From the NCBI RefSeq assembly GCF_000002075.1, contig NW_004797660.1:389071-453070 (forward strand): a stretch of DNA of 64,000 bases. The letters run 5' to 3'. The notes below the pieces were generated by a model. It saw only the letters and a list, made by a program, of their open reading frames with translations, had not been told where the DNA came from and made no database searches. A program made the position numbers and the translations under genes. Source of the stretch: Aplysia californica. Lineage: Eukaryota. Positions 37,301 through 49,300 of the stretch are shown piece after piece (within the stretch, counting starts at the first letter, position 1; each line of letters opens with the position of its first letter).

Positions 37301-40300
37301 AAGCAAATTAGTCTATTAGCTTTAGTAAGAGTTTTACGGCACTTGAAATACAATAAGGTCACATAAGTCCTGAAGATTAGAGGTGTTACAAGAGAGTAAC
37401 AAACACAAAAAAAGGAGGAGAGATAAGGATGATAAATATTTGATAGGAAAGAAGGACCAAGCCATAAGAGCACCCGCCAACCACCCTATAAATTAGTCTG
37501 ACATTGACGTGTACAACAGCATACAAATTATGCTTTACATACATAAGAAATATATCAAGAAACATCTCAGAGCAAACACACTAATCCTGGTCACCCCAGA
37601 ACAGTGCCCTGTTCTTGAGCCTGGACCAAAAGTGCCTTGCTCAAGGACACACCTCAATGACCATTTGACCATACATTTTCGGAGGGTAACATTCTGGGTA
37701 GAGACTAATTTCGAATTTTGACTAGCAGTCTGATCAGACTTGCTCTTCTTTAGTTTTCCCCAACAGGTGTCTTTAATTATACAACATGCAGTGTGTGGTT
37801 GGCCAGTTCTCTAGTGTAGTTTGCTCCTTTTTTCCTATCAAACATCTGTCATCCTTATATCTCTTCTTCTTTTTTGGGCTTTTTACACTCTTGTAACACC
37901 TCTAGCGTCTGGCACTTACATGACCAAGTTGTGATGCAAGTGCCAAAAAACGCTTACGAAAACAAAAAAACATGCACACAATGCATAATCTGAGTCTGTT
38001 TTTTTGGGGGGTTCTATATCCTAGAAGACAATATACTCAATCTCACCTGGGACCAGGGATGTGAAAAACCCATAGCAAAAAAAAAGAAGGCTTAAGTTAT
38101 CCATTGACCATGTTGACCCATGCCCACAATGAAGCCATGTACTTTGTAACGACAGAGGCAAGCCCTCAAATTACAATCACCAAAAGCATTAAAATATCTT
38201 TACCTTTAAAAGACCTTTCTGGAACAGCATCTCGACAACCTCTTTGAGAATGGGTAATACACCGCTGTGATGAATGCCCAGACCTCGACGAAGCAAGTCC
38301 TCTAGTTGTAACACCTGCACACAACAAGACAGGTGTTTGAGTTGTAGGTTCAGAGGAATTATCATTACAAACAGATACATGAGGCTCACAAATATTTTCC
38401 ACAAAACACCATACAAATAAAAAGAGTCAAATGAAAATGATAAACAAGGGCAAAAATTGCCATTTCAGATTTTCAAAAGTTCTGGTAAACTTAAATGGAA
38501 ATAGTAACAACCTTGAGCTTTAACAGTTACCTGTACTTATGTGTACAAAATGAAACACATGCTGCAAATTTGTTCTTCGAACTAAAGCCCAAAATTGCTG
38601 ACTAGGGTCAATCTCTGCTGAGTCTTATAGAAATATATTAAAATCAAACAAAGCCCTGACTCAGCTACAGAGAAACTGAAGTTATAAAAGGTACAATCAG
38701 CTTTTCAAGACATCTACTCCTGCACAGAAGTAAATATAAGGAATCTGTCATCAAAAGTAGCACAGAACTGTTGCCTTAAATGGTAAATACAACTGAGACA
38801 AAAATGGCAACATCATCCTCAGACTTATAATCACAAATGCGTCCAAAGCTTATTTTAAATACTCATTTTCCGTCATCTATTCTCTCCCAAAGCACCACTC
38901 ATCTCATTCCCCACTGCTGAGTCCACCGAGTCTCTCACCTGAGGAAGCGTCTGGTCTGAACCTTTCAATCGCGTGATGCATCGACGGAAGAACACGTGAA
39001 TCTCGCTTTTCTCACTCGCTGTAGTTAAATCCACACTCTGCAGAGAGGAAGCAGTCTCCTCTATTTTTTTCTTTGAGAAGGTGAAGGCCACAGCAGGTAG
39101 TTTATCTTTTCTCTTCAACATTTCGATGACAGACAGCCAGGTGTTCTTGTCCTGAGAAGACATTAAGTTGTTCGTTGATGTTGTTGATACTAATTAACTG
39201 TATGGTAAGACTTTTACAATTCTGTTTGATGAAATAAAGGAGACCCTGTCTTTTTTGTTTTTGTAAAGTGTTTTACGGCGCTCGCAACTGCATAAGGTCA
39301 TATGAGCGCGCAGGACACACCTAATATTTTCAGTTGGTAGGAAATTTTGAATTTTGCCCGGGTGGCGGCCGAAGCCTACCCTTATCGATTTTAGACCACC
39401 AAGGGATCTTTAATGTGCACAACTTGCACAAGGGCCCTCCGAGATTTTTCACCCTTGTCCGAGAAGGCTAGGTGTAGATCTTTCCTACCAGAAGATCAAG
39501 AGTGTGACTGAAAGACAGCAGTAAGAAGAAGCGAAGGAGTAGCAATAGAAAGGCTGCAGAAAGAATCAGGAGCCCAGAGGAAGGGGCAAAGGAGGTGAGG
39601 GGGTGGGGGCAGAAAGAGGAGACGAAAGCAGACGACAGAACATTGCTAGAGAGCAGGAAATGAGGTGAAAGGAGACAAATTTAGAGCAGAAAATTTTTCG
39701 CTCGCTACCCGGATTCGAACCCGGGACCTTTTGAATGAGAGGCCAACACCTTAACCTCTAGGTCACGAGAGCCCTGTCTGTAATATGTCTCTTCATTTTT
39801 CCATAGAGGGAGTTGGGGGTTGTCCATGCTGATGGACAATAAAATATCTAGGAATGTTTAACAGACTTTTATTAACAGATTTAATACACATGTTAAAAGC
39901 AAATCTGTTTAAGAACAGTACTCATAGAAAACACCAAAGTGGCCACCTACTAGGAAGTCATTCCACAGACACAGTTCGACATTCTTCCTAAACATTTATA
40001 ACATGGCCACTGAAGTTTCCTTTTGGGGGAAAAAAAACCCTCAGATTTTCTCTTCCCCCTCCTGACTCTCTCAAAAGAAGGACAGGAATGATCTTCATCA
40101 CCAACAGTTGTTTGCTGTAGCAGAAAAAGGGAAAAAATGACCTCATGATCAGAGGTTGGGATGCAATATCATCGTCATGATTTGCGAGCCAATTTGACGC
40201 TACTCCATGTCTCAACAATAACTATTACAGTAAAATCCATTAAAGTACTATTGATAGAATTATCACATAGAACTACTTACAACTAAGTGTAAAATAAATA

Positions 40301-43300
40301 GTAAGATAAAAAATAATTTCCAAAAGTTATTATAAAGTACAAGGTAAACATGTAAGCTTTCACAATACAACTTGCACAATTACCATTGCTTCATAGACAA
40401 TGTTCTTAATGTTCTCCACTTTAAGAATCAGGGTGTCCAGCAATATTTCCTGAAAAAATTAACTACCTGGAAAAAAAATTTACTACCCAGCAAATGAAGC
40501 CCCACACCAGCTCGAAAAAGGGAGTTAATTTGCGCCATCAATAACATATATATTATTATTACATAACATATGAAACGAAAAGAATCAAGCTTCGACTATC
40601 AAGGCACCGCGGAAATAGTAGATCACAAGCGTGATAAGCATACAAAAGAAGTACAGGAAAATGACGAAAGTAAAAAAGAGGACAGAAAAGGCAGCAGTTC
40701 CCCCTAAGCTGGTCCAGCACAGTATGAGCATGACATTGATAAATCAGCCCATATTTACAATTCTACTGTGCATAAGAACATGTTAATATCCTCCCTTTGG
40801 GAATGGCCTAAAGATGTTTCAGTCAGTAGCACTGCCCTGGTGGTGATGGGAGGGGGAGGGGGGGGGTAGATTTATACCTAATGTGTACACACAGGGTGAC
40901 TGCCAAACCGGCTTCTCCATTTTCCAGGGCCATGTTACACAACAACAACGCGCGCACACACACACGTAATGACTCGAGTAAACCTATTCAGTGTGAGAGG
41001 TGTAAGAATTGTGAGAGGGCAAGAGGCAGTGACACTGAAAATCTGCCAGTCTTGAACAGAAAGCTACAATATTATTCTAATTTACTATCACCCAACAAAT
41101 GAAACGCGAACACTTTATTTCAATAACACGGCTTACAAGGTATGAAGGATCCCGATTCCACACAAGGCCTGCACCAATGCGCGCTTTGCAGCGGGCTCTA
41201 AATCTAATCAAAATTCTAAAATTTGCTAACAGCTTTTGTCCTCTGGTGTTGCCTTCAGCCGCTCCCCCCCTCCCCCAAGTGTATCTCAAAAAAAAAAAAT
41301 CAATAATCCCTGCCCCACTCCGTAGTCCTATACTTCGCAATGCTCAGACTTTTTAATGAACTTTGGCGACCCCAACAAACGCCGGTGCCCACCGATGCCG
41401 TACCTTGTAGTGCATCCCGCGAAGGTTCACTGACCTGTCACGTTGGCGAACCCGACAATCTAAAAATCGGACGAAGCTTGTATTATCTTTTCACACCCCC
41501 CCCCCCCCCCCCCCACAAGTGACAGCACGGTGAAGAGTCCGAGTAATGATTACATTTTATTTGCACGGCGGCACAGCGTTTATACTGTACAACCTGCATA
41601 TTACAAATGTTGCGTTATCAGTTTATCTTCACCAAATTTCAGGGTGGTAACGAAAGCGAAAGTAGATCTTGATTTTCCCGATCGAGCCTCGGTGTCAAAT
41701 ACACTTCCACCTGCCGCCATAGTCGGCTTTTCACGTGAAACGTACTCTCGGACAGGGAAAAGGTGAAAGAAAATTATATCACAATCGCGACCGGCAAAAA
41801 CTGAAAAGTCTTGCTGGCTTCATCACTCAGTATGCAGGCTAATTTACGACCGTTTACCAAATTTTTACTACCTTCAAGGCAAATTTACTATCATTTACGA
41901 CCTTTACGACCAGGGCGCCGAATTTACGACTTCTTTACGACTTTGCTGGACACAATGAAGGATGAGTAGTAGAATTCAAAAGCACACAATCACTTAATCT
42001 AACTTGGTCACAAGGAAATTTCAAGCAATGACAAATGACAAAGAATATTAAACAGGTGGTCAAAGTAATGTGTGCACCATTGGTTCACTCATATACTTTC
42101 GATTTACCACTGCAGACAGCTGGCTTTCAGTGGTTAGAGGTGATTGATTTTGATTTTGACTCTCAAAGTGACAAGTCCGTCAAAATCAGCAGCAACATCC
42201 CCAAAATAACAAAAATCACTTAGTCCAAAATGGGCTATATGATAATGTCCAGACTCCGGTCATCCACAAGCACGACATGACTCTTGCGACCTTCATTCAA
42301 AGTGCATCAAAACTCACAATAATCCATGTCGTCATACTTCATATTTCAAAGGAGGAGGGCAGCACAGCAATCAATCCACATCGAGATCCACAACAAGCAG
42401 CGCAGAAAGATTAAGCACAATGCCAGCACAGAGCTGAAATGACCTCTCTTTTGAACCTCCAGGAGAGACCATTGGACTATCGGTGATTCTGTGACCTGTG
42501 TCAGTGTGTCGATTGATGTCCCGGGAGCCGTGATTCATCCTTCATGCGCCAGTGAGGCCGCCAATATTGAGAAGATGTTGCCTCTAATGATCACCATGGA
42601 GATTCTCTCAAACAGCCTATTCGTTTCCTTGGGGTAACCAGTAGTGTTTGCCAACCAAAAACCGATTTTCTGAAGGAACTGGGTCATTACAGGACCAACA
42701 GCACCAACTATTTTGGCAGCCACTGGAATGAAGTCATATCGGTTAGTGAGGCCTGCATACTTTCTAATCTTGGCTTCTTCGGCCTTCTTGGGAATACTGT
42801 TTCCCGGAGTGGAAGCCAAGGAGGTAATACACAGCTACTAGAAAGAATTGGAACATGTGGTATCCCATACAAAATATTTGCCACCCTCAAATGAGAAGAT
42901 AGTGATACTTAAGCAAGTCATTTTAACGCCAGCTCAAAAATAGAACCTTGCAATGTGGCCATCAGTAATGGTATGCTTATTTAGAAATTTGATATGTTGA
43001 CACTTGTATGCATAACCTGACTTTATCAATTTGTATGCCTTTGTAAGTACCATTTCAAGAAAAATAACTAAAAACACCAAGTGAATCATCCCCCCCCCCC
43101 CCCCCCGGCGAAGAACTTGGAATGAATCTTTCATAATAAGCACAACTTTGTTGAAAATATGTTAAAAGTAATCAATACATCTCTCAGGTGTTGTTATTGA
43201 TCAAACAACATATTAATGTCCTTTCATCAGACAAGCTTTTTTACCTAGTCTCAAGAAAAAATGTTTTTACCTGCATTGGGTTCCCTTGTCTTGTCCCTTT

Positions 43301-46300
43301 GGCTCCAAAACCTTGAGAATTCTTACTAGCACGTTCTTTCTTTGCCTCCATGGCTTTGTTGTACCTGAGAACAAGTAGACACTCTCTTCATGAAGTAAGA
43401 ATTTCACAGCATTTCCAAAAGTGTTTTAGCATTAAAAAGTACATTGCTACCAGGTCAGTGGAAATGAAAGACAAATATGCCAAGGCTGGGTAAGGAATTA
43501 TTATAAAAACAACCAAATGAGTAACAGATATATTGTTTGGACTAAAATTCAATCTCTACATGGGGCAAAAATCAAAATAGCAAAAAGAATATTTTTTAAA
43601 GCCATAACATAAAAAAAGAGATCTTAATAAGAAATATATGGTGAGACCTCCAATCATAAAGATGATCTTGTCATTATTAGAAACTGATGACACAGAGGTA
43701 TGCATCGGAAATTTCCCTGAAGTATAAAGAAGGAAAGACACATTTGTCTTCAACAGTAAAGAATGGCACAATGAAGGAAACTAAATAAAGACACACAAAA
43801 AACCTATATATATAAATAATATCAAGTCTGATGTAAAAATGTGATGAAAAGGAGTTCAACATGATTCAACTGATTTGCTCAATCCAAAAGCCCAATTGTC
43901 GATTGATGTCCCGGGAGCCGTGATACACATACACATACAGTGGAAACCTGATATAACAGGGATGATGGGAGTAGAGAAAAAGTCCTGTTATATCCGATCC
44001 CTGTTAAATCAGAAATACTAGGAAAGTAAGCATTTGTGGACTACTCCAGCTGTGCTTATTCATACGTAGTGTCCCTTGCCACAAGTACCCAGGAACAGGG
44101 GTTCTGGCACCAGCTTTGTCCTTGCCTCCTTAAACCACACCAGAAGAGCATGGTCCACAGCATCTGCATCGGGGAGTCTCATCTTCTTTCAATCCAGAGC
44201 AAACTTTCCATTGGAGTATGCTGCCACTATCTTCTCTCTATCCTTGATAATGGTGGGAATCGATCCTTGTGGAATGTCGAACTGACGACAAATATCTGCC
44301 AGTGGAGCTTGCTTTTTGTCAACAGCCTGGATTATTTCGTATATTTTGTCAATTGAAAGGCTTTTTCTCTTGTGCTTGACATCGTTGGTGGCCATAATGA
44401 AAGAAGTAGGCTTAGATCTAGGCCGACTGGTCGTCCAAAAAGTGCGTTAAGCTTAGATCTACACATGTACTGTTGTTAGTGAACAGTCACAGTGTGGTGT
44501 GGTGCATGCGTGTGTGCTGTGAACTTCGAAACTCGAAACAAATTCTTCGCACGACCAGATTTGGCCATGGGGCAGGCCTGCGCATGACACATTACGCGTG
44601 TGTGTTGCTAGGTTTCGGGCTAGATCGAGGTCTGCAGCACACTGCAGCCCTCTCTCGCTTCACACGCAAGATCTACGTGTGCTTGCAGTGGCATGGCTTG
44701 CATGGGCTTGCTACATCACTGCATTACTCTGTCTGTTTGTCTGTCTGTTTGTCTATCTGTCTGTCTGTCTGTCTGTCTCTCTCTTACTTTTTACATATTG
44801 TTAACGAGCCTTTGTCTCTGCTATAACCGGTTGGGCTCCGATGAGGCTCTGTTATTGNNNNNNNNNNNNNNNNNNNNNNNNNNNNNNNNNNNNNNNNNNN
44901 NNNNNNNNNNNNNNNNNNNNNNNNNNNNNNNNNNNNNNNNNNNNNNNNNNNNNNNNNACGGGGATTTAAAAAATCCCTGTTATTACCGGATCCCTGTTAT
45001 TACCGGATCCATGTTATTACCGGGCCTGTTATACATGGTTTCCACTGTACAAACACTCACACAGACACACACACACACACATACGCAATGGAAAATAACC
45101 CTGGACATTGGATTATGCTGTACATCACATGTTTCATTACCCAGAGGTTTGAAAACTGCCTTTCGCGTCCAGCAAGAGAAACAGCTCATTGCACGTCTTG
45201 GTACTGTTGCCAGTGTACAGGAAGTGCTCGAGAGGAACCGGTCGTTTAGCGGTGCTCACAACATACATCTTCTTCCGTTTGGTTCGTCTAGGAGAACAAA
45301 GAACCACACATAAAACATAAACCAAGCAGATATATAAACAAATAAAATATTCAGTAGCTCCACCGCTAAAAGAACTAGATCACTGTTAAGAAACAAGGAC
45401 TAAGTGTTGGTAACACTGTTTGGTGCAAAAGAAGGAAAAAGCGAGTCTGTGTGTGTCTGTGTGAGCGTGTGTTTGCGTGTGTGTATGTATGTGTGTGTGC
45501 GTGTGTGCGTGTGCATGTGAGTGAGAATAAGTGTGCAAGTCTATAGATGTTGTCTCTCTCTCTGTTCACACGAAACACTTGCAGGTACCAAAGAAAAACT
45601 AAGCAAAGAAATGGTTCAAACAGGCAGGTACTTTCCCCTGCCAGGCCCTGAGAAACTGACCAAACTGTGATGCTACGTTTGGCAAAAAGACGCAGAAACT
45701 CGATAAAATATCTTCCTAGTAACAGAAAACACATCTGTGTCCTAACCATTTCACCACAAATGTAGGGAAAACAGAAAAAAATTACTCAGTTCAAGAAATG
45801 CTCATAAACCACACTTAAGCCTTTCATGTCCAACCAGTTCAAAATTTACCCCTCTCCAAAAATACAGCCCTAGCATTCAACCCTGCAGAAACCAGTATGG
45901 AAAAAAATGCAGCCCTAGCACTCAACCCTGCAGAAACCAGCATGGAAAAAAATGCAGCGTTAACATTCAACTCCGCCAAAACATTCACACTGTTTCTCTG
46001 ACAAGATTTTCCCAGTGTAAGGTTGGCTCTGATTTTTTAAAAAGATCACTGTCGTTAACTCTTTATCTCCAGCAAGCCAATGGCAGCGACTTGGACATAT
46101 TCCTTTACGACAAGTTAGTTTTCTGCAATTGCCGACAACAGGTCTCTTTCACCGGGACTTCTTTCATTAGATGAAGAAATACGGTATCAAAATAGGTTCA
46201 ATTGTTTTGATTTAATGACCAATTTACAGACATGTATATGTCACTTTTACATTTCGTACCAAAAAAGGGCTTCAGCATAGTGGGTTTACCCCCCCTTGGA

Positions 46301-49300
46301 GAAAAAGAGTTAAACTGTGGCCTTGCTTTCATTTCAAGTGGAAGGGGCTGGAGGGAAGTCCATCAGAGCCGGTATCACCTGTCAACTTTACATTTACCTA
46401 CTCATGCTTATTTCTATTACAAACAAAAGAATGTGAACACTGAAAGGCTGCACAGGACATTGAACAAACAGGCGGCCATTGCTGGTGAAGAAAGTGAAGA
46501 AGGTTGTATTTTTTTTTTTATTTAGTACAAGTTTTACAGCAATCGCAATACAAGTAGGTCAGATAATAAGTGCCAAGTATAAGAAGTGCTAATAGAGAGT
46601 AATATACAAAGAAACGAAGGAAGAGAGNNNNNNNNNNNNNNNNNNNNNNNNNNNNNNNNNNNNNNNNNNNNNNNNNNNNNNNNNNNNNNNNNNNNNNNNN
46701 NNNNNNNNNNNNNNNNNNNNNNNNNNNATGTTTGATAAGAAAGAAGACGGAGCAAACCACACCAAAGCACTCGTCAGCCACTCAAGAATATGTAGAGGAG
46801 AGGGTTAAGTCCAACATAATGCTACAACAGACAGAGCCGGCCCACTCACCCGACCCAGTCAGCAAACTCCATTGTGTTGGGCACGGTGGCGGAGAGCAGG
46901 ATGACGTTGACATGCTGGGGCAGCATAATGAGAACTTCCTCCCATACTACGCCCCGCTCCGAGTCATTGATGTAGTGAACCTCGTCGAAGATGACCCACT
47001 CCAGGTCTCGGATCACGTCAGAGCCATTGTAAAGCATAGACCTGAACAAGATAAGATGAGCTTGAGCGTTGAACAAAATGTTATTATAAAGTATTGGCAG
47101 AAAAAATTGCAATAAAAAAGTCTATACGTGAGACTATTAAACTTCATCAAACTTCACATAAAGCAATGGATATTACTTTCACAAACAAATTAAAACCTAA
47201 TCTCTTGTTAGAACATGACAGTCTTACAAGAAGATCACAAGGAAAGACAAGGAAGAATTCATGAACAGGTTGGTAGAGAGGGCAGAGGGAACATGCGAAT
47301 CCTTTACCAGAACCCAAAGACTCTTTGGAAAATATGGGAAACCAGAAGTACCAGTAAAGGACCAAGACGGGAAAACTGTTTTTGGAAAGGAAGCTCAGTA
47401 GCAAAAATGGGAAGATTATTTCATCAGTTTCCTGAACAGATCACCACCAAGTAACCCACCAAACATCCTGCTGGCAAGAAATGAGTTACCAATCTCTTGT
47501 GATGCTCCTTCAAAACAAGGCATTCTGGATTTTTAGACGATTACCTCCCTTTTCCGGGATTTTGGGGCATGATTCAAAACAAATCCCCACGAGCTGAATG
47601 GTTCAATGGAAAGAACCTGATACAAGATAAACTCGACTTTACAACATTTATGTGGCCAGCCAGTTTACATAATTTAGTATCTCAGTCTCCACTGGAAGCA
47701 CAAAGTCTTGCTAACTGTCAGGGTGCATAACATTATCATTCCATCATATCCCATCTCTACCGACTGCCATGTAGCAAGACAAACTGAGGAAAACAGATTA
47801 AACTACTTTTCGTTGGGAAACAATGAGCCACCCGGCAAAATTGGGAACTAATCTCACATTTTTGTAACTGCTAATTGAAATCAATTATGGAAAGAGATCT
47901 ATGTATACTTTTACTCATTTATTCTTTCACTTTCTTGATTTAGTTTTCCAATTTTTTCATATTCTTACAGACACAAGAGAAATAAAAAAATATGTCTTTG
48001 AGTACCATACATCATTTCACCATATGTGAGCGTGCCAGGTGAAAGGTACCAAAAGACGCATTTGTTCAAAGGTCAAAAATAGAACTTTTGACAAAAACTA
48101 AGTTCCATTAAAAATGGATTCTGAAGCCATTAATATATCGATATCTACAAGGACTTGAGTTTCTTTTACTTTAAAATACATTTTTAAAGATATTTTATAA
48201 CACGAAGTATATTGCATAATCCCAAATAATGTGTGAGAAAATTGGTTTTCCGAGTACACACTGCGGATGGTTTCTCTTGTCCATTCATAAAGTCAACCCA
48301 ATCACAATGCATATAAAAAATAAGGTCATTCTCTCCCCTCTCTAATGGCGATTAGAGCACATGAATATCTAGAACGTGAAAACAAAGCGAAGCTTTGCGC
48401 ATCCACACACTTTCGTTTTTTTTAGAGCAAACAGTATCGCATATTTCTTCCCTGTGCAAACATAGACCTAACTTCTTGAAAATTCTAGCTCAAGGTGGTG
48501 GCGAATATATTTTGAAAACGTAATATAAACATTTTGAAGGTGTTCTTTTATCTTAGCTGTTTTTTAAAGTTGGCTTGTAAGTAGCGAATGTGTTGTCAGG
48601 TCCTCTCGAAGCGTAGATCCATCTATTTGAAGCAGAAACAAAGAGAAAACTTTAAATCTGTTTTTCTCAAAACTTTGTTTCCGTATGCTACCTTACAAAA
48701 TCGCCCATATCTCAAAAACTTCTGAAGATATTTTTAAAATTCAAAAAGCATATTGCTCGGAAATGACCCCTTTACATGAAAATGCAAAAAAACCACCAAA
48801 AAACGGGATTCTTCAAAATGCGTCATTTGGTACCTTTCCCCATGCACACACACATATTTATAGGCAAGGTCAATACTGCTGAGTTAAAACTGCAAATTCA
48901 ACAGTTTCTTACTTTCAGTCAGGAGACACAAGTAGGACGAGAAATAATGAAAAGAATTTATCCATCTTGGCTCTCCTCTCAACACAACACTATGATCTCC
49001 ACACATGCATGCGATTGACCTTGAGACTTACCGGAGAATCTCGGTGGTCATGATGAGGCAGGCTGCTGTTTGGTTGAGCTGTACATCTCCAGTGACCAGA
49101 CCCACATCTCCGAAAGTCTGCTTGAAGTCTCGGAACTTCTGGTTGGACAAGGCCTTGATCGGAGAGGTGTAAATTGTCCTAAAAAAAACATATCAAAGTA
49201 AATTAAAAAAGGAAAGAGATACAAACAAAACCACAAAAATAACCAAAAATAAGAATAAAGCGTAAAATATCCTATAAACAAAATGAGCACTCAGTCTTGT

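Noticed and set aside
43684-43712. CTGATGA...GAAA hammerhead-like core
   Set aside because: Stem II does not pair and no stems I or III were found
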